A DNA stretch of 64,000 bases from positions 170,336 through 234,335 of the IMG/VR virus record IMGVR_UViG_3300004463_000226, one strand, 5' to 3'. The position numbers and the translations under genes were made by a program. Shown here piece after piece: positions 56,646-64,000 of the stretch (the first letter of the stretch is position 1; the number at the start of each line of letters is the position of its first letter). Below the pieces are notes generated by a model. The model was not told the DNA's origin. It did not search any database and worked only from the letters and a program-made list of their open reading frames with translations.

Positions 56646-57637
56646 CGCACATTCACATAGTTCGTTAAACTATGCAGTTCTCTTATGAACTTCCCTAAGT
56701 TTCCCTAGGATACTAGACTATATCTTCCCTTAATAAGGGTCTCTCCATTTCGATTTAAGGGATTCTCACCCACTCACTTGAGCCCTACTCCTAATGTGTT
56801 TTACCACCAAATGGGATAGTCGTTGAACCTTCTTGTATGTGTTAGAATTTATACTTATAGCTTATTTCTGTTCTCAATAACCTTGGTTTTATTTTTGTCT
56901 TTATATATGAGTTTAGTGACTTCTTACTATATTCTTTAGAAGAATATTCTTCTATAATCACACTGACAATATCTTTAGTTTTCAGACCTTTCTCTAATAG
57001 CTCACAAATTCTCTCTATAACTTGATCTGAATATTTTGAATTGGGATTATTTGAACCTTTATATTTCTCTTTGAAGAGTTCGGCACAATTGTTTAGCCCT
57101 GTTTCAACAGCATGACTAACATTATATTGATGAGTAGACCATTCGAGATTTTTGTAATAATTATTTGATTTTCTACCATCTTTATGATTTACAAAAATCT
57201 TTTCTTTTGTTCTACCTGCAACAAAATGCCATGCTACTAATCTATGAACTAGAACTTTTTTATACTTACCGTCATCTCCAATTAGGGTAATATGTTTATA
57301 CCCCTGACTATGGTTAGCTGGTTCAATATTCCTATTCTTTAAAAAACTATAGATTTGTCCGTGATCCGAAATCATATAGCACTCAGTCATTATACCAGGG
57401 TAATAGAGCATACTCCATCTTTCATCTATAATCAAATCCACATATAATGTCATTGATACACCTCCTAAAACATAGTGTACCGATTCTAACACATACAGCT
57501 TGGCTGCGGATTTTCCAATCTTAAACCTTGTTACCATACCTGAATAGTTAGTTCAGCCATTATAATGTCACCATTATAACTTGGTAGTTTAAGCAATAAG
57601 GACTTCCCCGCAATTAAGAGAGAAACGGCAAAATTTC
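56646..57637 (-). mobile_element. Group I self-splicing intron (992 nt) with HNH ORF in the P6 region
   Basis: Seen on minus: P AATTGCGGGGAA, Q AATCCGCAGC, R GTTCAACGACTA, S AAGATATAGTCT; P1 ACGGU/GCCGU with U.G; terminal G at 56646; P10 UUUU/AGAA; splicing restores MENTVEETVERL. Confidence 0.93.
56842..57453 (-). CDS. Intron-encoded HNH homing endonuclease (NUMOD4/HNH, I-HmuI-like)
   Basis: Seen: LVHRLVAWHF, VNHKDGRKSNNYYKNLEWSTHQYNVSHA; AGGAGG RBS before ATG 57453 (the track's longer start lies in intron core). Confidence 0.9.
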   Translation of the reverse strand: MTLYVDLIIDERWSMLYYPGIMTECYMISDHGQIYSFLKNRNIEPANHSQGYKHITLIGDDGKYKKVLVHRLVAWHFVAGRTKEKIFVNHKDGRKSNNYYKNLEWSTHQYNVSHAVETGLNNCAELFKEKYKGSNNPNSKYSDQVIERICELLEKGLKTKDIVSVIIEEYSSKEYSKKSLNSYIKTKIKPRLLRTEISYKYKF

Positions 57638-58509
57638 ACCGTGTTTTCCATAGTTATGAATAAAATAGTTTTACGTTTACCTACCTTTTTAGTAGGCATG
57701 CCTTTATTATATCTCTTGATATCCTGCGCTGTCTTTAAGAGTATACCCGATTTGAAGCCAGCTGGAAGTCCCATGTATACATATAGGCGCTTAGACATAT
57801 AACCAGGAGCAAGAATTTGATTAAGCATTTTAATCCCTGTTTTCAATATACGGGCAGGGTCTTTAAGAGCATTTACGATGTCTGTCATAGTATCTTCAAA
57901 TGTTTCTTCATCCAATGTAAATGTATCTACATCTTCCATTACATTTGACTTACGAGACTCATTTAAAAATGCTCGGAATAATTCTACAGCTTCTTTATTA
58001 ATCTCCTGGAAGCTTTCATAGTCACCAGAATCTAACTTCTCCATGGTGCTATAGATCTTATCTTTATATCTGAGAAGATAAGCATAAACTAATCGGTCTA
58101 CAATAGCCTTGTTTATGTAGCGAATCTCATCATAGTTTATTCGTTTATACGCTGGGAGATTCTTAATTATCTCCTCATTTTCTTCACTGTTAGAATCAGA
58201 GCGACAGAAGTTAGTGATTATACTTTCATTCTCCATCCCTAATTCTAATCTAGCTTTTAAAGCACGCTGTATAAAATAAAAGCGTGCTTCTAACTTTTCA
58301 TTTCTTTCATAGACAGAATCATCTATAACATCAAACAATTTCTTCATGTTTGTTAATGATTTACGTGTAATCTGTCTAGAGTCCTTGAATAAATACCCTA
58401 TAAGGTTATTCAACATTGTTACATCAAATATTAACTTGATCTTCTTTGGTTCATGTGCACTTGAGATTTTAAATCTCGAACTGTTTCGTCTACTAGCAGT
58501 TACACTCAT
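57638..58509 (-). CDS. DnaB-like (SF4) replicative helicase, exon 1
   Basis: Seen: LKTGIKMLNQIL, Walker A-like GLPAGFKS, ILFITMENT; spliced CDS 872+817 nt = 562 aa. Confidence 0.9.
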
Positions 58510-59714
58510 TTACTAACTGCCACCTTCCTAGTTAGAATTTCTTCATGTAAATAGTATCTCATCCTATCTAATGGGATGTTCTTCCCATACTTTATTTTAA
58601 TATATTCAGTCATTTTTTCTTCAGGTTCCATGTTTTTGTCGAATATGAACCAATACTTATCAAGTAACTGATTTACTTTCTCTTCAATCTCTTTCTTTAC
58701 CCTAAGCTTACTATTATTATTGATTTTAAGCTTAACCCTAGAATACTTAGCAAATGTTTCATTAAGCATACTTGTTAATAGTGACGGATTAGGATAATCC
58801 TCTGGAATATTAATCTCAAATCTGAGATAATCAGATGTTAATGCTTCAGCTATCTGAAGTAGATATTCAACTTGCTCCCTCTCGCTCTTATTAAATACAG
58901 TAGATTGATATTCAATTTTAACTGTATCAAAAGTTCTAGCATGAGTATTTATGATAAACTCATCATAGTAATCACCAGTAGATGGTGTATAGTATGTCAT
59001 GATATAGCCTTTATTTTCTTCCTCACCAAACGCCCATCTAGAATAAGATCCAACATATTTAAACCTATCAAATTGCATAGGTTTGTGAATATGACCAAAA
59101 TATATCGGACCTTTTGTTATTGCAAGCAATTCTTCTAGTTTGAATATAGGTGCTTGCGATCTTGTAGTTTCACTCTCTTGATTCGCTGCAACAAATGTAG
59201 CTTTATCAACTACTCCATGACCAAATACCATGTCATATTCATGCTCAAAATATTCCTTATAGAACTCATTCTTATCTTTCATATATTCTTCAGGAATATA
59301 AAGCACATACATATCGTCAAATAACCACTCTGCTTCAACTGTATGAATTACTCTAAAATCACACGATGTGACAGAGTTTAAACCATCAAACATTTCTAAC
59401 TGTTTATTGTCATGTGACTCCGTACCTTTAAGGATACGTAATTTAGCACATTTATCAGCACAAATTTTCATAAGTCTAGTTAGAAATTTTAAAGCGTATT
59501 TAGCGTGATCTGAGTTAGCTGAGATCTTTGTATGGAAAAAGTCACCTGGAATTACAACGAAATCCAGTATCTCTAGCTTCTCAGTATTCTTTAAAAATCC
59601 TTCTTTTAACTCTCTATACCATATCTTAGCATCAAATGCTCCATTATGGATATCTGGTAATAACGCACCAACATATGCAGATTTATTAGGCAAGTATATC
59701 ACCCCAACCTTCAT
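58506..59714 (-). CDS. sbcD: SbcD/Mre11-like metallophosphoesterase nuclease
   Basis: Seen: PDIH, PGDFFH, GTESHD, FGHG, FGHIH, YVGSYSRWAFGE. Confidence 0.88.
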   Translation of the reverse strand: MKVGVIYLPNKSAYVGALLPDIHNGAFDAKIWYRELKEGFLKNTEKLEILDFVVIPGDFFHTKISANSDHAKYALKFLTRLMKICADKCAKLRILKGTESHDNKQLEMFDGLNSVTSCDFRVIHTVEAEWLFDDMYVLYIPEEYMKDKNEFYKEYFEHEYDMVFGHGVVDKATFVAANQESETTRSQAPIFKLEELLAITKGPIYFGHIHKPMQFDRFKYVGSYSRWAFGEEENKGYIMTYYTPSTGDYYDEFIINTHARTFDTVKIEYQSTVFNKSEREQVEYLLQIAEALTSDYLRFEINIPEDYPNPSLLTSMLNETFAKYSRVKLKINNNSKLRVKKEIEEKVNQLLDKYWFIFDKNMEPEEKMTEYIKIKYGKNIPLDRMRYYLHEEILTRKVAVSK

Positions 59715-60339
59715 CGATGTTTAAGTTATACCATACATGGAAGAAGTCAACTAACTTCTTAAAAGTTTGAATATATGGTTCTAACTCTTCTCTGGTGATA
59801 AACTTCTCATTATAACCCCCTTCATTTATGATAATTATAGCTGCTTGTTCTACCTTCTTACCATGTTCCTCTAACATGATACAGTATGCTGCTAATTGTA
59901 AAAACATTGTAGCATAAAACTTCTTAGATGTTTTAAAGTCTAAGATAGTGTGTAATCCATCTACTACTCCATAGAAATCAATAGTACCACCAAACTTATC
60001 AGAACTATGTGATTTTTCCATAAACTCAGGTTTAAGTACATGAGTATGTTTCCAGTTAATGAAAGTATTCATGTACGTCATTGCTAGTGTCCGAGTATGG
60101 TGTCTTGCTGGTATAAATACATACATTTTCTCCATAAGATAGGCTTCAATTAGCTTATGAACCATTGTACCTATGATAGAAGATTTCTCTAATATGTCTT
60201 CAATCTTCTGTCTTTTAAATCCCATAATATTAGCCCATTTCTGTAAGAATGGTTTATTAAGAATCTTTAATACAGTTGTTACACTTGGAACCTCCTCTCC
60301 TTCTTTATTGTAATATGTGCTGTGAGCACTATACTTCAT
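59686..60339 (-). CDS. PD-(D/E)xK exonuclease (Cas4/lambda-exo-like; start revised to MKYSAH)
   Basis: Seen: PSVTTVL, GTMVH, GGTIDF, ILDFKTS, LQLAAY; TATATTAT at 60369-60376. Confidence 0.85.
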   Translation of the reverse strand: MKYSAHSTYYNKEGEEVPSVTTVLKILNKPFLQKWANIMGFKRQKIEDILEKSSIIGTMVHKLIEAYLMEKMYVFIPARHHTRTLAMTYMNTFINWKHTHVLKPEFMEKSHSSDKFGGTIDFYGVVDGLHTILDFKTSKKFYATMFLQLAAYCIMLEEHGKKVEQAAIIIINEGGYNEKFITREELEPYIQTFKKLVDFFHVWYNLNIDEGWGDILA

Positions 60340-60460
60340 CTTTTCTCCCCCTTTATTTATTCCCATATATAATATATAGATTAAATATGCTTTATAATAA
60401 AGTTTAAACCAAAATAAATTACTAGACGAGGTGCTGAGAGGTTTAGTATTTCCAAAGCGA

Positions 60461-60472
60461 AACAATATTTTA
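60461..60472 (+). promoter_or_regulatory. AACA-N6-TA promoter
   Basis: Seen: AACA-ATATTT-TA. Confidence 0.7.
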
Positions 60473-60499
60473 AAAATATTATAAAGAAAGGGTGTAATT

Positions 60500-61447
60500 A
60501 TGCCTAAGTCCTTAGAACAAACATTCGTTTATCAGACCTTAAACGGCTCTAATGGTATCAGTACAGGTGTCATGAAGGCTATGAAAGAGGGTACTATCTT
60601 AACAAAGGCAAATCTTGAAGAAGCTTTCCTTATTATTAATAAGAACTTCAAGTTTCCATTGAAATACAAGATATTGGATGAAGTAGATAGAGGAGATATT
60701 GTCTTACTATATTCTCCTGACAATGTCCGTATTCCAACTTGTATGCCTTTCTTCTTAACGAAGAACTCTCAAGGTAAAATTGTTTCAGTTGTTATCGTAG
60801 ATACCTATGGTAAGATGGACAAGGAAACAAAAAATGTTAGTATCGATGCAAAGAAGTTTTATTGCATGATGGAAGGTGCACATTTAGCTAAGACATATTA
60901 TCTCTACAGTAAAGAACTGTCTAAGAGAAATATCGTTATTACTAGCGGTTCATCTATTTACTCCAACATGTTCACACGGGTTCTTAATAAGCAATATGCA
61001 TTGAATGTTGATAAGTCTAAACAACATAAAGTTCTATTCTTGGCTAGTAAGTTCTATCTAATTAACATCCTAGAATTAGAGGATAATGAGATGACTAAAA
61101 ACTATGCTATGAAGAACTGTGTTGGAGGAAATCCTTATATTCTTAATGAGGTAAATGATCTTCTAAATACAGAAGATTATAAGGACTTATCTACGTTTAT
61201 CAAAGCATTGGCTCGTCCAGAATTAGGACTTGGAATGAGTGATATTACAGTACGTGGTTATATCGAACGATTTATCAACATGTATGATGCGACTGCTCTA
61301 TTTGCATTAGAGTACTTCCCATTCTTCATGTACAACGTAGTATCCGTAACAAATGGTGCATATATTAACAACCAATATGTCTTAGAAGATATCGTTGAGA
61401 AATATGGACCAAAATTATATGCCGATATAATCTCTGTAGAGAGATAG
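60500..61447 (+). CDS. Hypothetical protein (late-type, possibly structural)
   Basis: Seen: 315 aa, AAAGGG RBS. Confidence 0.8.
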   Translation: MPKSLEQTFVYQTLNGSNGISTGVMKAMKEGTILTKANLEEAFLIINKNFKFPLKYKILDEVDRGDIVLLYSPDNVRIPTCMPFFLTKNSQGKIVSVVIVDTYGKMDKETKNVSIDAKKFYCMMEGAHLAKTYYLYSKELSKRNIVITSGSSIYSNMFTRVLNKQYALNVDKSKQHKVLFLASKFYLINILELEDNEMTKNYAMKNCVGGNPYILNEVNDLLNTEDYKDLSTFIKALARPELGLGMSDITVRGYIERFINMYDATALFALEYFPFFMYNVVSVTNGAYINNQYVLEDIVEKYGPKLYADIISVER

Positions 61448-61457
61448 GAGGTAGACT

Positions 61458-61952
61458 ATGGATATCAATATAGTTAGAGACAATTTACGTCAGATTGGGT
61501 CGGGTAATATTATCCGACTAATTTCTGATGTACTATTACACAATATTGATAGTATTGACACTTATAGAACAGACGTTATGTATTATCAAGATGAAGTCGT
61601 TTATATGTATGACTCTGTTAATAACAAACACTTATTGTATCGCTGTAAAGTAAATAAAACCACCCCAGGAGCATTTAATGCTAATAACTGGGATCCCTAT
61701 GTGTTTAAGTTTAAGGATAGAGCTGTAACATTAGAGACTACATTTACAGCTACTACTGATGGTACTTCAACTTGTGCTATCAATCAACCTTTATTCAACT
61801 ACACAACAGATACCTTAAATGTATATCATTCATTGCGTGGAAGATTACGTCAAGGAACTGATTGGAATCTATCTACTGATAAATTATCTGTTGTATTATC
61901 TGGATTTACTCTATATAAAAATGAGACTTTATTATTTGAAGTTATTAAATAA
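61458..61952 (+). CDS. Hypothetical protein, possibly tail/receptor-binding associated
   Basis: Seen: 164 aa beta-rich, LYRCK...GAFNANNW motif. Confidence 0.7.
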   Translation: MDINIVRDNLRQIGSGNIIRLISDVLLHNIDSIDTYRTDVMYYQDEVVYMYDSVNNKHLLYRCKVNKTTPGAFNANNWDPYVFKFKDRAVTLETTFTATTDGTSTCAINQPLFNYTTDTLNVYHSLRGRLRQGTDWNLSTDKLSVVLSGFTLYKNETLLFEVIK

Positions 61953-61958
61953 TTATCA

Positions 61959-61970
61959 AACATATTGGTA
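61959..61970 (+). promoter_or_regulatory. AACA-N6-TA promoter
   Basis: Seen: AACA-TATTGG-TA before the lysin. Confidence 0.7.
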
Positions 61971-61984
61971 ATTATAAGAGAGGA

Positions 61985-62836
61985 GTGAATATTATGCCAA
62001 AAGTAATGATTGACCCTGGTCATGGTGGTAAGGACTCTGGTGCCGTAGCATTCGGCTTGAAAGAAAAAGATATGAACCTTGTCACAGCTTTTGCTGTACG
62101 TGATGAGTTAAATCGTCACGGTGTTCAAACAAATATGACACGTACTACTGACGTGTTCATTGAGCTTTCCCAACGTGCTCGTTTAGCTAACAATTGGGGT
62201 GCTGACTTATTTGTATCTTGTCATTATAACGCTGGTGGCGGCGATGGTGCTGAAGTAATTCATAGCGTTGTTGGTGGTGAAGGTGAGAAATTAGCAGATA
62301 AGATCTTAGCACGTATTAAATCTGAATTAGGTCAGAACTTCCACGGTTCCAATCCATCTTTCTCTAGACGAGGAAGCGATGGTGGCGACTACCATGCTGT
62401 AGTTCGTGAGACACATATGACTGGTGTAATCGTGGAGCCTGGATTCATTGATTCTAGCGATCGTATCCTCTTTGATACAGAAGCAGAACAACGTAAATCT
62501 GGTATCGTAATTGCACACGGGATTCTTGATCTACTCGGTATCCCTGTAAAAGGTGGAGAAGCTCCTGCTCAAACACCTTCTCAACCTACTCCAGCTCCAG
62601 CTCCTAAACCAGCTGGTATTCTTGCTGTAGTTCAGGTTACTGCTGAGAACTTAAATATCCGTAGCGGTCCAGGAACTAAATACCCAAGCATCGGTAAAGC
62701 ACCTAAAGATCGCATGTATAATGTTATCGCCAACCAGAATGATTGGCACCGTGTTATCCTTGGTGATGGAGATAGCCGCGAAGCTTGGATCTTCGGAAAT
62801 AACGGTCAATATTTGAATATGTTAAAACAGTTTTAA
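61985..62836 (+). CDS. N-acetylmuramoyl-L-alanine amidase endolysin (Amidase_3 + SH3b)
   Basis: Seen: IDPGHGG, EKDMNL, SCHYNA, VEPGFID; P/A linker; LNIRSGPGT...W SH3b. Confidence 0.93.
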   Translation: MNIMPKVMIDPGHGGKDSGAVAFGLKEKDMNLVTAFAVRDELNRHGVQTNMTRTTDVFIELSQRARLANNWGADLFVSCHYNAGGGDGAEVIHSVVGGEGEKLADKILARIKSELGQNFHGSNPSFSRRGSDGGDYHAVVRETHMTGVIVEPGFIDSSDRILFDTEAEQRKSGIVIAHGILDLLGIPVKGGEAPAQTPSQPTPAPAPKPAGILAVVQVTAENLNIRSGPGTKYPSIGKAPKDRMYNVIANQNDWHRVILGDGDSREAWIFGNNGQYLNMLKQF

Positions 62837-62843
62837 TTAGATA

Positions 62844-62880
62844 GTGTATAGAGGCTCATGTCTCTATACACATCTTTTAT
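62844..62880 (+). terminator. Intrinsic terminator
   Basis: Seen: GTGTATAGAG-GCTCATGT-CTCTATACAC followed by T-rich tract. Confidence 0.7.
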
Positions 62881-62904
62881 TTGTCATTGATTCTTTTTAG
62901 AAAA

Positions 62905-62916
62905 AACAATACTTTA
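62905..62916 (+). promoter_or_regulatory. AACA-N6-TA promoter
   Basis: Seen: AACA-ATACTT-TA. Confidence 0.7.
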
Positions 62917-62941
62917 AAAATATAGAAGGAAGGTGGGTATT

Positions 62942-64000
62942 ATGTCAATTACAACTACTGTGACAATGCCTCCAGTTCAATATCGCCCAGCTAATATAGT
63001 TGAATGGTTAGGTCTAATTACCTCAGCTATTAAAGAACTTCGTGGCGAAGAATGGTACTTGGATAGTACGTTCACACATAAAGATGTACTGACAGCAATC
63101 AACAACGATAAGAACTTCTATACTACGTTGGTAAACTTGATTGCAACAAAATTAGATGCATCGTCGTATACAGCCGCTGATGTATTAACTAAGATTAAAA
63201 CTGTTGACGGTAGCGGTAGTGGATTAGATGCTGACACTGTAAGAGGATATGTCCCTTTAAATAAAGCAGGGGACTCAATGACAAGCTTTTTAACTCTACA
63301 CGCTGATCCAACAAATGCACTACATGCTGCTACAAAACAGTATGTAGATGAAGCTTTACAAGGATTTAGTATTAAAATGTCTGTGCGTGCTCTCGCTGAT
63401 ACAAGTATTGCATTAACGGGAATACAAACAATTGATGGAGTAACATTGGTTGCAGGTGACCGTGTATTAGTAATGAACCAAGCAACACGTTCACAGAACG
63501 GTATTTATGTTGTTGCTTCTGGAGCTTGGACTCGTGCTACTGATGCAGATAGTTCTACAAATTTCCGTAACGGTGCTGCGGTGTTCGTTTTAGAAGGTAC
63601 TAACTATGCTGATAGTGGTTGGGTAATGATTACAGATGGAACTATTACCATTGGAACAACTGCTATTGAGTTTGCTAAATTTAGTGGAGCTGGTCAAATT
63701 ATCCCTGTAGATGGATTATATAAAAATGGAAATCAGATGGGATTAACAGACACAGGGGTTTCCGCTGGTACTTATACAAAAGTTACAGTAGATATTAAAG
63801 GTCGTATTACATCAGCAACTACACTGTCAGCTTCTGATATTCCTAACTTAGATTGGACTAAAATTACTTCGGGTAAACCAACAACCTTATCTGGTTATGG
63901 TATTACTGACGGGGTAAACGTATCTGAAGTTGTTACAGTTGCTACTGCAAATAAATTACTTAAATTAGATGCTAACAGTAAATTACCTGCGTCTATTACA
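62942..64000 (+). CDS. Tail-fibre-like protein (partial; runs off right edge; absent from track)
   Basis: Seen: frame open from ATG 62942: DGSGSGLDADT, HAATKQYVD, IDGVTLVAGDRVLV...QNGIY...WTRATD, GTYTKVTVDIKGRIT, KPTTLSGYGITD. Known: typical fibre repeat motifs. Confidence 0.8.
   Translation, partial: MSITTTVTMPPVQYRPANIVEWLGLITSAIKELRGEEWYLDSTFTHKDVLTAINNDKNFYTTLVNLIATKLDASSYTAADVLTKIKTVDGSGSGLDADTVRGYVPLNKAGDSMTSFLTLHADPTNALHAATKQYVDEALQGFSIKMSVRALADTSIALTGIQTIDGVTLVAGDRVLVMNQATRSQNGIYVVASGAWTRATDADSSTNFRNGAAVFVLEGTNYADSGWVMITDGTITIGTTAIEFAKFSGAGQIIPVDGLYKNGNQMGLTDTGVSAGTYTKVTVDIKGRITSATTLSASDIPNLDWTKITSGKPTTLSGYGITDGVNVSEVVTVATANKLLKLDANSKLPASIT

Noticed and set aside
56646-56656. Start codon for an independent 275-aa helicase fragment
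   Set aside because: No RBS; lies within the intron 3' end, and splicing explains the frame.
13212-57532. Near-miss AACA promoters at 13212-13223, 52854-52865 and 57521-57532
   Set aside because: They end in TT rather than TA/TG; not counted.
57589-57637. C-terminal KFCRFSLNCGEVLIA of the 306-aa track ORF
   Set aside because: Read-through into intron P1-P3 sequence; not helicase.
56646-57637. Intein or group II intron as alternative explanation
   Set aside because: Frame is interrupted by stops, group I P/Q/R/S elements are present, and there is no RT domain or GUGYG...AY ends.
59686-60339. Cas4 as evidence of a CRISPR system
   Set aside because: No Fe-S Cys cluster, no other cas genes or array; a common phage exonuclease in a replication operon.
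1-64000. tRNA, rRNA or CRISPR array
   Set aside because: No T-loop/cloverleaf or regularly spaced repeats seen by eye; tRNAscan-SE and a CRISPR finder would be needed to exclude them formally.
1-64000. Stop-codon reassignment
   Set aside because: Conserved enzymes are full length in the standard code and genes end in TAA, TAG and TGA.

Overview
AT-rich, densely coding, phage-like DNA with mostly minus-strand genes. The gene set places it as a segment of a phiKZ/AR9(PBS1)-related jumbo phage genome, probably infecting a Firmicute (inferred from AGGAGG RBSs, an Amidase_3+SH3b lysin and AR9-type promoters). It encodes split multisubunit RNA polymerase beta pieces (a probable non-virion N+C pair and a second, probably virion, C-terminal piece), the N-terminal half of a split family B DNA polymerase, SbcC and SbcD, NAD-dependent ligase, RecA/UvsX, an FtsZ/tubulin-family GTPase, a ParA ATPase with an unrecognised partner, type IIA topoisomerase A and B subunits, a Dda/RecD-like helicase, a DnaB-like helicase, dCMP deaminase, an endolysin, and partial portal-like (left edge) and tail-fibre-like (right edge) genes. 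Best-supported surprises: (1) a 992-nt group I intron carrying an HNH endonuclease inside the DnaB-like helicase gene, with both splice sites derivable by hand; (2) two recurring intergenic promoter motifs (TATATTAT and AACA-N6-TR) that sort the genes into two transcription classes; (3) a ParA + orphan partner + upstream palindrome module co-occurring with a tubulin; (4) a four-member HU-like paralog family. All functional calls come from motif recognition by eye; no database search was run, and novelty statements need a literature check.
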